Shown: piece after piece, positions 47,501-62,300 of the stretch | Layout: every line of letters begins with the position of its first letter | How positions within the stretch are numbered: the stretch's first letter is position 1 | Assembly (NCBI GenBank): GCA_040954595.2 | Contig: CM082584.2 | Coordinates: 10,504,452 to 10,568,451, forward strand | DNA length: 64,000 nucleotides | From: Balanoglossus misakiensis | Taxonomy: Eukaryota > Animalia > Hemichordata | Reading direction: 5' to 3' | Notes under the pieces: model-generated | Databases searched by the model: none | The model's input: the letters and a program-made list of their open reading frames with translations, nothing else | What the model was told of the DNA's origin: nothing | Position numbers and translations under genes: made by a program

Positions 47501-50500
47501 AAATCGTCGATTTTTCAACATTTTCCTGAGCTATAACCCATGGTTTTTTCAAAAAATGACCAAATTTTCAAAATTCGCAAAGTCGAAAAATCATCGATTT
47601 TTCAACATTTTCCTGAGCTATAACCCATGGTTTTTTCAAAAAATGACCAAATTTTCAAAATTCGCAAAGTCGAAAAATCGTCGATTTTTCAACATTTTCC
47701 TGAGCTATAACCCATGGTTTTTTCAAAAAATGACCAAATTTCCAAAATTCGCAAAGTCGGAAAATCGTCGATTTTTCAACATTTTCCTGAGCTATAACCC
47801 ATGGTTTTTTCAAAAAATGACCAAATTTCCAAAATTCGCAAAGTCGGAAAATCGTCGATTTTTCAACATTTTCCTGAGCTATAACCCATGGTTTTTTCAA
47901 AAAATGACCAAATTTTCAAAATTCGCAAAGTCGAAAAATCGTCGATTTTTCAACATTTTCCTGAGCTATAACCCATGGTTTTTTCAAAAAATGACCAAAT
48001 TTTCAAAATTCGCAAAGTCGAAAAATCGTCGATTTTTCAACATTTTCCTGAGCTATAACCCATGGTTTTTTTCAAAAAATGACCAAATTTTCAAAATTCG
48101 CAAAGTCGAAAAATCGTCGATTTTTCAACATTTTCCTGAGCTATAACCCATGGTTTTTTCAAAAAATGACCAAATTTTCAAAATTCGCAAAGTCGAAAAA
48201 TCGTCGATTTTTCAACATTTTCCTGAGCTATAACCCATGGTTTTTTCAAAAATGACCAAATTTTCAAAATTCGCAAAGTCGAAAAATCGTCGATTTTTCA
48301 ACATTTTCCTGAGCTATAACCCATGGTTTTTTCAAAAAATGACCAAATTTTCAAAATTCGCAAAGTCGAAAAATCGTCGATTTTTCAACATTTTCCTGAG
48401 CTATAACCCATGGTTTTTTCAAAAAATGACCAAATTTTCAAAATTCGCAAAGTCGAAAAATCGTCGATTTTTCAACATTTTCCTGAGCTATAACCCATGG
48501 TTTTTTCAAAAAATGACCAAATTTTCAAAATTCGCAAAGTCGAAAAATCGTCGATTTTCAACATTTTCCTGAGCTATAACCCATGGTTTTTTCAAAAAAT
48601 GACCAAATTTTCAAAATTCGCAAAGTCGAAAAATCGTCGATTTTTCAACATTTTCCTGAGCTATAACCCATGGTTTTTTCAAAAAATGACCAAATTTCCA
48701 AAATTCGCAAAGTCGGAAAATCGTCGATTTTTCAACATTTTCCTGAGCTATAACCCATGGTTTTTTCAAAAAATGACCAAATTTCCAAAATTCGCAAAGT
48801 CGGAAAATCGTCGATTTTTCAACATTTTCCTGAGCTATAACCCATGGTTTTTTCAAAAAATGACCAAATTTTCAAAATTCGCAAAGTCGAAAAATCGTCG
48901 ATTTTTCAACATTTTCCTGAGCTATAACCCATGGTTTTTTCAAAAAATGACCAAATTTTCAAAATTCGCAAAGTCGAAAAATCGTCGATTTTTCAACATT
49001 TTCCTGAGCTATAACCCATGGTTTTTTCAAAAAATGACCAAATTTTCAAAATTCGCAAAGTCGAAAAATCGTCGATTTTTCAACATTTTCCTGAGCTATA
49101 ACCCATGGTTTTTTCAAAAAATGACCAAATTTTGAAAATTCGCAAAGTCGAAAAATCGTCGATTTTTCAACATTTTCCTGAGCTATAACCCATGGTTTTT
49201 TCAAAAAATGACCAAATTTTCAAAATTCGCAAAGTCGAAAAATCGTCGATTTTTCAACATTTTCCTGAGCTATAACCCATGGTTTTTTCAAAAAATGACC
49301 AAATTTTCAAAATTCGCAAAGTCGAAAAATCGTCGATTTTTCAACATTTTCCTGAGCTATAACCCATGGTTTTTTCAAAAAATGACCAAATTTTCAAAAT
49401 TCGCAAAGTCGAAAAATCGTCGATTTTTCAACATTTTCCTGAGCTATAACCCATGGTTTTTTCAAAAAATGACCAAATTTTCAAAATTCGCAAAGTCGAA
49501 AAATCGTCGATTTTTCAACATTTTCCTGAGCTATAACCCATGGTTTTTTCAAAAAATGACCAAATTTTTTGAAAATTCGCAAAGTCGAAAACTCGTCGAT
49601 TTTTCAACATTTTCCTGAGCTATAACCCATGGTTTTTTCAAAAAATGACCAAATTTTGAAAATTCGCAAAGTCGAAAAATCGTCGATTTTTCAACATTTT
49701 CCTGAGCTATAACCCATGGTTTTTTCAAAAAATGACCAAATTTTGAAAATTCGCAAAGTCGAAAAATCGTCGATTTTTCAACATTTTCCTGAGCTATAAC
49801 CCATGGTTTTTTCAAAAAATGACCAAATTTTCAAAATTCGCAAAGTCGAAAAATCGTCGATTTTTCAACATTTTCCTGAGCTATAACCCATGGTTTTTTC
49901 AAAAAATGACCAAATTTTCAAAATTCGCAAAGTCGAAAAATCGTCGATTTTTCAACATTTTCCTGAGCTATAACCCATGGTTTTTTCAAAAAATGACCAA
50001 ATTTTCAAAATTCGCAAAGTCGAAAAATCGTCGATTTTTCAACATTTTCCTGAGCTATAACCCATGGTTTTTTCAAAAAATGACCAAATTTTCAAAATTC
50101 GCAAAGTCGAAAAATCGTCGATTTTTCAACATTTTCCTGAGCTATAACCCATGGTTTTTTCAAAAAATGACCAAATTTTCAAAATTCGCAAAGTCGAAAA
50201 ATCGTCGATTTTTCAACATTTTCCTGAGCTATAACCCATGGTTTTTTCAAAAAATGACCAAATTTTCAAAATTCGCAAAGTCGAAAAATCGTCGATTTTT
50301 CAACATTTTCCTGAGCTATAACCCATGGTTTTTTCAAAAAATGACCAAATTTTCAAAATTCGCAAAGTCGAAAAAATCGTCGATTTTTCAACATTTTCCT
50401 GAGCTATAACCCATGTTTTTTTCAAAAAATGACCAAATTTTCAAAATTCGCAAAGTCGAAAAATCGTCGATTTTTCAACATTTTCCTGAGCTATAACCCA

Positions 50501-53334
50501 TGGTTTTTTCAAAAAATGACCAAATTTTCAAAATTCGCAAAGTCGAAAAATCGTCGATTTTTCAACATTTTCCTGAGCTATAACCCATGGTTTTTTCAAA
50601 AAATGACCAAATTTTCAAAATTCGCAAAGTCGAAAAATCGTCGATTTTTCAACATTTTCCTGAGCTATAACCCATGGTTTTTTCAAAAAATGACCAAATT
50701 TTCAAAATTCGCAAAGTCGAAAAATCGTCGATTTTTCAACATTTTCCTGAGCTATAACCCATGGTTTTTTCAAAAAATGACCAAATTTTCAAAATTCGCA
50801 AAGTCGAAAAATCGTCGATTTTTCAACATTTTCCTGAGCTATAACCCATGGTTTTTTCAAAAAATGACAAAATTTTCAAAATTCGCAAAGTCGAAAAATC
50901 GTCGATTTTTCAACATTTTCCTGAGCTATAACCCATGGTTTTTTCAAAAAATGACCAAATTTTTGAAAATTCGCAAATTCGAAAAATCGTCGATTTTTCA
51001 ACATTTTCCTGAGCTATAACCCATGGTTTTTTCAAAAAATGACCAAATTTTGAAATTCCGCAAAGTCGAAAAATCGTCGATTTTTCAACATTTTCCTGAG
51101 CTATAACCCATGGTTTTTTCAAAAAATGACCAAATTTTCAAAATTCGCAAAGTCGAAAACTCGTCGATTTTTCAACATTTTCCTGAGCTATAACCCATGG
51201 TTTTTTCAAAAAATGACCAAATTTTGAAAATTCGCAAAGTCGAAAAATCGTCGATTTTTCAACATTTTCCTGAGCTATAACCCATGGTTTTTCAAAAAAT
51301 GACCAAATTTTGAAAATTCCGCAAAGTCGAAAAATCGTCGATTTTTCAACATTTTCCTGAGCTATAACCCATGGTTTTTTCAAAAAATGACCAAATTTTC
51401 AAAATTCGCAAAGTCGAAAAATCGTCGATTTTTCAACATTTTCCTGAGCTATAACCCATGGTTTTTTCAAAAAATGACCAAATTTTCAAAATTCGCAAAG
51501 TCGAAAAATCGTCGACTTTTCAACATTTTCCTGAGCTATAACCCATGGTTTTTTCAAAAAATGACCAAATTTTGAAAATTCGCAAAGTCGAAAAATCGTC
51601 GATTTTTCAACATTTTCCTGAGCTATAACCCATGGTTTTTTCAAAAAATGACCAAATTTTGAAAATTCTGAAAGTCGAAAAATCGTCGATTTTTCAACAT
51701 TTTCCTGAGCTATAACCCATGGGTTTTTTTCAAAAATGACCAAATTTTCAAAATTCGCAAAGTCGAAAAATAGTCGATTTTTCAACATTTTCCAGAGCTA
51801 TAACCCATGGTTTTTTCAAAAAATGACCAAATTTTCAAAATTCGCAAAGTCGAAAAATCGTCGATTTTTCAACATTTTCCTGAGCTATAACCCATGGTTT
51901 TTTCAAAAAAATACCAAATTTTGAAAATTCGCAAAGTCGAAAAATCGTCGATTTTTCAACATTTTCCTGAGCTATAACCCATGTTTTTTTCAAAAAATGA
52001 CCAAATTTTCAAAATTCGCAAAGTCGAAAATCGTCGATTTTTCAACATTTTCCTGAGCTATAACCCATGGTTTTTTCAAAAAATGACCAAATTTTCAAAA
52101 TTCGCAAAGTCGAAAAATCGTCGATTTTTCAACATTTTCCTGATCTATAACCCATGGTTTTTTCAAAAAATGACCAAATTTTCAAAATTCGCAAAGTCGA
52201 AAAATCGTCGATTTTTCAACATTTTCCTGAGCTATAACCCATGGTTTTTTCAAAAAATGACCAAATTTTCAAAATTCGCAAAGTCGAAAAATCGTCGATT
52301 TTTCAACATTTTCCTGAGCTATAACCCATGGTTTTTTCAAAAAATGACCAAATTTTCAAAATTCGCAAAGTCGAAAAATCGTCGATTTTTCAACATTTTC
52401 CTGAGCTATAACCCATGGTTTTTTCAAAAAATGACCAAATTTTCAAAATTCGCAAAGTCGAAAAATCGTCGATTTTTCAACATTTTCCTGAGCTATAACC
52501 CATGGTTTTTTCAAAAAATGACCAAATTTTCAAAATTCGCAAAGTCGAAAAATCGTCGATTTTTCAACATTTTCCTGAGCTATAACCCATGGTTTTTCAA
52601 AAAATGACCAAATTTTCAAAATTCGCAAAGTCGAAAAATCGTCGATTTTTCAACATTTTCCTGAGCTATAACCCATGGTTTTTTCAAAAAATGACCAAAT
52701 TTTCAAAATTCGCAAAGTCGAAAAATCGTCGATTTTTCAACATTTTCCTGAGCTATAACCCATGGTTTTTTCAAAAAATGACCAAATTTTCAAAATTCGC
52801 AAAGTCGAAAAAATCGTCGATTTTTCAACATTTTCCTGAGCTATAACCCATGGTTTTTCAAAAAATGACCAAAATTTTTGAAAATTCGCAAAGTCGAAAA
52901 ATCGTCGATTTTTCAACATTTTCCTGAGCTATAACCCATGGTTTTTTCAAAAAATGACCAAATTTTCAAAATTCGCAAAGTCGAAAAATCATCGATTTTT
53001 CAACATTTTCCTGAGCTATAACTCATGGTTTTTTCAAAAAATGACCAAATTTTCAAAATTCGCAAAGTCGAAAAAATCGTCGATTTTTCAACATTTTCCT
53101 GAGCTATAACCCATGGTTTTTTCAAAAAATGACCAAATTTTGAAAATTCGCAAAGTCGAAAAATCGTCGATTTTTCAACATTTTCCTGAGCTATAACCCA
53201 TGGTTTTTTCAAAAAATGACCAAATTTTCAAATTCGCAAAGTCGAAAAATCGTCGATTTTTCAACATTTTCCTGAGCTATAACTCATGGTTTTTTCTAAA
53301 AATGACCAAATTTTGAAAATTCGCAAAGTCGAAA
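35545..53334 (+). repeat. 87-bp satellite array, left arm (~204 monomers; types A and B)
   Basis: Type B monomer: aaattttcaaaattcgcaaagtcgaaaaatcgtcgatttttcaacattttcctgagctataacccatggttttttcaaaaaatgacc. Type A monomer: aaattttgaaattccgcaaagtcgaaaaattctcatttttggatgattttcatgagctataacccatgattttttcaaaaatcggcc. The 29-aa periodicity in the ORF track confirms the 87-nt period. Confidence 0.97.
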
Positions 53335-56300
53335 TTCAAAATTTGGTCATTTTTTGAAAAAACCATGGGTTATAGCTCAGGAAAATGTTGAAAAATCGAC
53401 GATTTTTCGACTTTGCGAATTTTGAAAATTTGGTCATTTTTTGAAAAAACCATGGGTTATAGCTCAGGAAAATGTTGAAAAATCGACGATTTTTCGACTT
53501 TGCGAATTTTGAAAATTTGGTCATTTTTTGAAAAAAACCATGGGTTATAGCTCAGGAAAATGTTGAAAAATCGACGATTTTTCGACTTTGCGAATTTTGA
53601 AAATTTGGTCATTTTTGAAAAAACCATGGGTTATAGCTCAGGAAAATGTTGAAAAATCGACGATTTTTCGACTTTGCGAATTTTCAAAATTTGGTCATTT
53701 TTTGAAAAACCATGGGTTATAGCTCAGGAAAATGTTGAAAAATCGACGATTTTTCGACTTTGCGAATTTTGAAAATTTGGTCATTTTTTGAAAAAACCAT
53801 GGGTTATAGCTCAGGAAAATGTTGAAAAATCGACGATTTTTCGACTTTGCGAATTTTGAAAATTTGGTCATTTTTTGAAAAAACCATGGGTTATAGCTCA
53901 GGAAAATGTTGAAAAATCGACGATTTTCCGACTTTGCGAATTTTGGAAATTTGGTCATTTTTTGAAAAAACCATGGGTTATAGCTCAGGAAAATGTTGAA
54001 AAATCGACGATTTTTCGACTTTGCGAATTTTGAAAATTTGGTCATTTTTTGAAAAAACCATGGGTTATAGCTCAGGAAAATGTTGAAAAATCGACGATTT
54101 TTCGACTTTGCGAATTTTGAAAATTTGGTCATTTTTTGAAAAAACCATGGGTATAGCTCAGGAAAATGTTGAAAAATCGACGATTTTTCGACTTTGCGAA
54201 TTTTGAAAATTTGGTCATTTTTTGAAAAAACCATGGGCTATAGCTCAGGAAAATGTTGAAAAATCGACGATTTTTCGACTTTGCGAATTTTGAAAATTTG
54301 GTCATTTTTTGAAAAAACCATGGGTTATAGCTCAGGAAAATGTTGAAAAATCGACGATTTTTCGACTTTGCGAATTTTGAAAATTTGGTCATTTTTTGAA
54401 AAAACCATGGGTTATAGCTCAGGAAAATGTTGAAAAATCGACGATTTTTCGACTTTGCGAATTTTGAAAATTTTGGTCATTTTTTGAAAAAACCATGGGT
54501 TATAGCTCAGGAAAATGTTGAAAAATCGACGATTTTTCGACTTTGCGAATTTTGAAAATTTGGTCATTTTTTGAAAAAACCATGGGTTATAGCTCAGGAA
54601 AATGTTGAAAAATCGACGATTTTTCGACTTTGCGAATTTTGAAAATTTGGTCATTTTTTGAAAAAACCATGGGTTATAGCTCAGGAAAATGTTGAAAAAT
54701 CGACGATTTTTCGACTTTGCGAATTTTGAAAATTTGGTCATTTTTTGAAAAAACCATGGGTTATAGCTCAGGAAAATGTTGAAAAATCGACGATTTTTCG
54801 ACTTTGCGAATTTTGAAAATTTGGTCATTTTTTGAAAAAACCATGGGTTATAGCTCAGGAAAATGTTGAAAAATCGACGATTTTTCGACTTTGCGAATTT
54901 TGAAAATTTGGTCATTTTTTGAAAAAACCATGGGTTATAGCTCAGGAAAATGTTGAAAAATCGACGATTTTCGACTTTGCGAATTTTGAAAATTTGGTCA
55001 TTTTTTTGAAAAACCATGGGTTATAGCTCAGGAAAATGTTGAAAAATCGACGATTTTCCGACTTTGCGAATTTTGAAAATTTGGTCATTTTTTGAAAAAA
55101 CCATGGGTTATAGCTCAGGAAAATGTTGAAAAATCGACGATTTTTCGACTTTGCGAATTTTGAAAATTTGGTCATTTTTTGAAAAAACCATGGGTTATAG
55201 CTCAGGAAAATGTTGAAAAATCGACGATTTTTCGACTTTGCGAATTTTGAAAATTTGGTCATTTTTTGAAAAAACCATGGGTTATAGCTCAGGAAAATGT
55301 TGAAAAATCGACGATTTTTCGACTTTGCGAATTTTGAAAATTTGGTCATTTTTTGAAAAAACCATGGGTTATAGCTCAGGAAAATGTTGAAAAATCGACG
55401 ATTTTTCGACTTTGCGAATTTTGAAAATTTGGTCATTTTTTGAAAAAACCATGGGTTATAGCTCAGGAAAATGTTGAAAAATCGACGATTTTTCGACTTT
55501 GCGAATTTTGAAAATTTGGTCATTTTTTGAAAAACCATGGGTTATAGCTCAGGAAAATGTTGAAAAATCGACGATTTTTCGACTTTGCGAATTTTGAAAA
55601 TTTGGTCATTTTTTGAAAAAACCATGGGTTATAGCTCAGGAAAATGTTGAAAAATCGACGATTTTTCGACTTTGCGAATTTTGGAAAATTTGGTCATTTT
55701 TTGAAAAAACCATGGGTTATAGCTCAGGAAAATGTTGAAAAATCGACGATTTTTCGACTTTGCGAATTTTGAAAATTTGGTCATTTTTGAAAAAACCATG
55801 GGTTATAGCTCAGGAAAATGTTGAAAAATCGACGATTTTTCGACTTTGCGAATTTTGAAAATTTGGTCATTTTTTGAAAAAACCATGGGTTATAGCTCAG
55901 GAAAATGTTGAAAAATCGACGATTTTTCGACTTTGCGAATTTTGAAAATTTGGTCATTTTTTGAAAAAACCATGGGCTATAGCTCAGGAAAATGTTGAAA
56001 AATCGACGATTTTTCGACTTTGCGAATTTTGAAAATTTGGTCATTTTTTGAAAAAACCATGGGTTATAGCTCAGGAAAATGTTGAAAAATCGACGATTTT
56101 TCGACTTTGCGAATTTTGAAAATTTGGTCATTTTTTGAAAAAACCATGGGTTATAGCTCAGGAAAATGTTGAAAAATCGACGATTTTTCGACTTTGCGAA
56201 TTTTGAAAATTTGGTCATTTTTTGAAAAACCATGGGTTATAGCTCAGGAAAATGTTGAAAAATCGACGATTTTTCGACTTTGCGAATTTTGAAAATTTGG

Positions 56301-59300
56301 TCATTTTTTGAAAAAACCATGGGTTATAGCTCAGGAAAATGTTGAAAAATCGACGATTTTTCGACTTTGCGAATTTTGAAAATTTGGTCATTTTTTGAAA
56401 AAACCATGGGTTATAGCTCAGGAAAATGTTGAAAAATCGACGATTTTTCGACTTTGCGAATTTTGAAAATTTGGTCATTTTTTGAAAAAACCATGGGTTA
56501 TAGCTCAGGAAAATGTTGAAAAATCGACGATTTTTCGACTTTGCGAATTTTGAAAATTTGGTCATTTTTTGAAAAAACCATGGGTTATAGCTCAGGAAAA
56601 TGTTGAAAAATCGACGATTTTTCGACTTTGGAATTTTGAAAATTTGGTCATTTTTTGAAAAAACCATGGGTTATAGCTCAGGAAAATGTTGAAAAATCGA
56701 CGATTTTTCGACTTTGCGAATTTTGGAAATTTGGTCATTTTTTGAAAAAACCATGGGTTATAGCTCAGGAAAATGTTGAAAAATCGACGATTTTTCGACT
56801 TTGCGAATTTTGAAAATTTGGTCATTTTTTGAAAAAACCATGGGTTATAGCTCAGGAAAATGTTGAAAAATCGACGATTTTTCGACTTTGCGAATTTTGA
56901 AAATTTGGTCATTTTTTGAAAAAACCATGGGTTATAGCTCAGGAAAATGTTGAAAAATCGACGATTTTCGACTTTGCGAATTTTGAAAATTTGGTCATTT
57001 TTTGAAAAAACCATGGGTTATAGCTCAGGAAAATGTTGAAAAATCGACGATTTTTCGACTTTGCGAATTTTGGAAATTTGGTCATTTTTTGAAAAAACCA
57101 TGGGTTATAGCTCAGGAAAATGTTGAAAAATCGACGATTTTTCGACTTTGCGAATTTTGGAAATTTGGTCATTTTTGAAAAAACCATGGGTTATAGCTCA
57201 GGAAAATGTTGAAAAATCGACGATTTTTCCGACTTTGCGAATTTTGAAAATTTGGTCATTTTTTGAAAAACCATGGGTTATAGCTCAGGAAAATGTTGAA
57301 AAATCGACGATTTTCGACTTTGCGAATTTTGAAAATTTGGTCATTTTTTGAAAAAACCATGGGTTATAGCTCAGGAAAATGTTGAAAATCGACGATTTTT
57401 CGACTTTGCGAATTTTGAAAATTTGGTCATTTTTTGAAAAAACCATGGGTTATAGCTCAGGAAAATGTTGAAAAATCGACGATTTTTCGACTTTGCGAAT
57501 TTTGAAAATTTGGTCATTTTTTGAAAAAACCATGGGTTATAGCTCAGGAAAATGTTGAAAAATCGACGATTTTTCGACTTTGCGAATTTTGAAAATTTGG
57601 TCATTTTTTGAAAAAACCATGGGTTATAGCTCAGGAAAATGTTGAAAAATCGACGATTTTCCGACTTTGCGAATTTTGAAAATTTGGTCATTTTTTGAAA
57701 AAACCATGGGTTATAGCTCAGGAAAATGTTGAAAAATCGACGATTTTTCCGACTTTGCGAATTTTGAAAATTTGGTCATTTTTTGAAAAAACCATGGGTT
57801 ATAGCTCAGGAAAATGTTGAAAAATCGACGATTTTTCCGACTTTGCGAATTTTGAAAATTTGGTCATTTTTTGAAAAAACCATGGGTTATAGCTCAGGAA
57901 AATGTTGAAAAATCGACGATTTTTCGACTTTGCGAATTTTGAAAATTTGGTCATTTTTTGAAAAAACCATGGGTTATAGCTCAGGAAAATGTTGAAAAAT
58001 CGACGATTTTTCGACTTTGCGAATTTTGAAAATTTGGTCATTTTTTGAAAAAACCATGGGTTATAGCTCAGGAAAATGTTGAAAAATCGACGATTTTTCG
58101 ACTTTGCGAATTTTGAAAATTTGGTCATTTTTTGAAAAAACCATGGGTTATAGCTCAGGAAAATGTTGAAAAATCGACGATTTTTCGACTTTGCGAATTT
58201 TGAAAATTTGGTCATTTTTTGAAAAAACCATGGGTTATAGCTCAGGAAAATGTTGAAAAATCGACGATTTTTCGACTTTGCGAATTTTGAAAATTTGGTC
58301 ATTTTTTGAAAAAACCATGGGTTATAGCTCAGGAAAATGTTGAAAAATCGACGATTTTTCGACTTTGCGAATTTTGAAAATTTGGTCATTTTTTGAAAAA
58401 ACCATGGGTTATAGCTCAGGAAAATGTTGAAAAATCGACGATTTTTCGACTTTGCGAATTTTGAAAATTTGGTCATTTTTTGAAAAAACCATGGGTTATA
58501 GCTCAGGAAAATGTTGAAAAATCGACGATTTTTCGACTTTGCGAATTTTGAAAATTTGGTCATTTTTTGAAAAAACCATGGGTTATAGCTCAGGAAAATG
58601 TTGAAAAATCGACGATTTTTCGACTTTGCGAATTTTGAAAATTTGGTCATTTTTTGAAAAAACCATGGGTTATAGCTCAGGAAAATGTTGAAAAATCGAC
58701 GATTTTTCCGACTTTGCGAATTTTGAAAATTTGGTCATTTTTTGAAAAAACCATGGGTTATAGCTCAGGAAAATGTTGAAAAATCGACGATTTTTCGACT
58801 TTGCGAATTTTGAAAATTTGGTCATTTTTTGAAAAAACCATGGGTTATAGCTCAGGAAAATGTTGAAAAATCGACGATTTTTCGACTTTGCGAATTTTGA
58901 AAATTTGGTCATTTTTTGAAAAAACCATGGGTTATAGCTCAGGAAAATGTTGAAAAATCGACGATTTTCGACTTTGCGAATTTTGAAAATTTGGTCATTT
59001 TTTGAAAAAACCATGGGTTATAGCTCAGGAAAATGTTGAAAAATCGACGATTTTTCGACTTTGCGAATTTTGAAAATTTGGTCATTTTTTGAAAAAACCA
59101 TGGGTTATAGCTCAGGAAAATGTTGAAAAATCGACGATTTTTCGACTTTGCGAATTTGAAAATTTGGTCATTTTTTGAAAAAACCATGGGTTATAGCTCA
59201 GGAAAATGTTGAAAAATCGACGATTTTTCGACTTTGCGAATTTTGAAAATTTGGTCATTTTTTGAAAAAACCATGGTTATAGCTCAGGAAAATGTTGAAA

Positions 59301-62300
59301 AATCGACGATTTTTCGACTTTGCGAATTTTGAAAATTTGGTCATTTTTTGAAAAAACCATGGGTTATAGCTCAGGAAAATGTTGAAAAATCGACGATTTT
59401 TCGACTTTGCGAATTTTGAAAATTTGGTCATTTTTTGAAAAAACCATGGGTTATAGCTCAGGAAAATGTTGAAAAATCGACGATTTTTCGACTTTGCGAA
59501 TTTTGAAAATTTGGTCATTTTTTGAAAAACCATGGGTTATAGCTCAGGAAAATGTTGAAAAATCGACGATTTTCGACTTTGCGAATTTTGAAAATTTGGT
59601 CATTTTTTGAAAAAACCATGGGTTATAGCTCAGGAAAATGTTGAAAATCGACCGTTTTTCGACTTTGCGAATTTTGGAAAATTTGGTCATTTTTTGAAAA
59701 AACCATGGGTTATAGCTCAGGAAAATGTTGAAAAATCGACGATTTTTCGACTTTGCGAATTTTGAAAATTTGGTCATTTTTGAAAAAACATGGGTTATAG
59801 CTCAGGAAAATGTTGAAAAATCGACGATTTTTCCGACTTTGCGAATTTTGAAAATTTGGTCATTTTTTGAAAAAACCATGGGTTATAGCTCAGGAAAATG
59901 TTGAAAAATCGACGATTTTTCGACTTTGCGAATTTTGAAAATTTGGTCATTTTTGAAAAAAACCATGGGTTATAGCTCAGGAAAATGTTGAAAAATCGAC
60001 GATTTTTCGACTTTGCGAATTTTGAAAATTTGGTCATTTTTTGAAAAAACCATGGGTTATAGCTCAGGAAAATGTTGAAAAATCGACGATTTTTCGACTT
60101 TGCGAATTTTGAAAATTTGGTCATTTTTTGAAAAAACCATGGGTTATAGCTCAGAAAATGTTGAAAAATCGACGATTTTCCGACTTTGCGAATTTTGAAA
60201 ATTTGGTCATTTTTTGAAAAAACCATGGGTTATAGCTCAGGAAAATGTTGAAAAATCGACGATTTTTCGACTTTGCGAATTTTGAAAATTTGGTCATTTT
60301 TTGAAAAAACCATGGGTTATAGCTCAGGAAAATGTTGAAAAATCGACGATTTTTCGACTTTGCGAATTTTGAAAATTTGGTCATTTTTTGAAAAAACCAT
60401 GGTTATAGCTCAGGAAAATGTTGAAAAATCGACGATTTTTCGACTTTGCGAATTTTGAAAATTTGGTCATTTTTTGAAAAAACCATGGTTATAGCTCAGG
60501 AAAATGTTGAAAAATCGACGATTTTTCGACTTTGCGAATTTTGAAAATTTTGGTCATTTTTTGAAAAAACCATGGGTTATAGCTCAGGAAAATGTTGAAA
60601 AATCGACGATTTTTCGACTTTGCGAATTTTGAAAATTTGGTCATTTTTTGAAAAAACCATGGGTTATAGCTCAGGAAAATGTTGAAAAATCGACGATTTT
60701 TCGACTTTGCGAATTTTGAAAATTTGGTCATTTTTTGAAAAAACCATGGGTTATAGCTCAGGAAAATGTTGAAAAATCGACGATTTTTCGACTTTGCGAA
60801 TTTTGAAAATTTGGTCATTTTTTGAAAAAACCATGGGTTATAGCTCAGGAAAATGTTGAAAAATCGACGATTTTTCGACTTTGCGAATTTTGAAAATTTG
60901 GTCATTTTTTGAAAAAACCATGGGTTATAGCTCAGGAAAATGTTGAAAAATCGACGATTTTTCGACTTTGCGAATTTTGAAAATTTGGTCATTTTTTGAA
61001 AAAACCATGGGTTATAGCTCAGGAAAATGTTGAAAAATCGACGATTTTTCGACTTTGCGAATTTTGAAAATTTGGTCATTTTTTGAAAAAACCATGGGTT
61101 ATAGCTCAGGAAAATGTTGAAAAATCGACGATTTTTCGACTTTGCGAATTTTGAAAATTTGGTCATTTTTTGAAAAAACCATGGGTTATAGCTCAGGAAA
61201 ATGTTGAAAAATCGACGATTTTTCGACTTTGCGAATTTTGAAAATTTGGTCATTTTTTGAAAAAACCATGGGTTATAGCTCAGGAAAATGTTGAAAAATC
61301 GACGATTTTTCGACTTTGCGAATTTTGAAAATTTGGTCATTTTTTGAAAAAACCATGGGTTATAGCTCAGGAAAATGTTGAAAAATCGACGATTTTTCGA
61401 CTTTGCGAATTTTGAAAATTTGGTCATTTTTTGAAAAAACCATGGGTTATAGCTCAGGAAAATGTTGAAAAATCGACGATTTTTCGACTTTGCGAATTTT
61501 GAAAATTTGGTCATTTTTTGAAAAAACCATGGGTTATAGCTCAGGAAAATGTTGAAAAATCGACGATTTTTCGACTTTGCGAATTTTGAAAATTTGGTCA
61601 TTTTTGAAAAAACCATGGGTTATAGCTCAGGAAAATGTTGAAAAATCGACGATTTTTCGACTTTGCGAATTTTGAAAATTTGGTCATTTTTTGAAAAACC
61701 ATGGGTTATAGCTCAGGAAAATGTTGAAAAATCGACGATTTTCGACTTTGCGAATTTGAAAATTTGGTCATTTTTTGAAAAAACCATGGGTTATAGCTCA
61801 GGAAAATGTTGAAAAATCGACGATTTTTCGACTTTGCGAATTTTGAAAATTTGGTCATTTTTGAAAAAACCATGGGTTATAGCTCAGGAAAATGTTGAAA
61901 AATCGACGATTTTTCGACTTTGCGAATTTTGAAAATTTGGTCATTTTTTGAAAAAAACCATGGGTTATAGCTCAGGAAAATGTTGAAAAATCGACGATTT
62001 TTCGACTTTGCGAAATTTTGAAAATTTGGTCATTTTTTGAAAAAACCATGGGTTATAGCTCAGGAAAATGTTGAAAAATCGACGATTTTCGACTTTGCGA
62101 ATTTTGAAAATTTGGTCATTTTTTGAAAAAACCATGGGTTATAGCTCAGGAAAATGTTGAAAATCGACGATTTTTCGACTTTGCGAATTTTGAAAATTTG
62201 GTCATTTTTTGAAAAAACCATGGGTTATAGCTCAGGAAAATGTTGAAAAATCGACGATTTTTCGACTTTGCGAATTTTGAAAATTTGGTCATTTTTTGAA

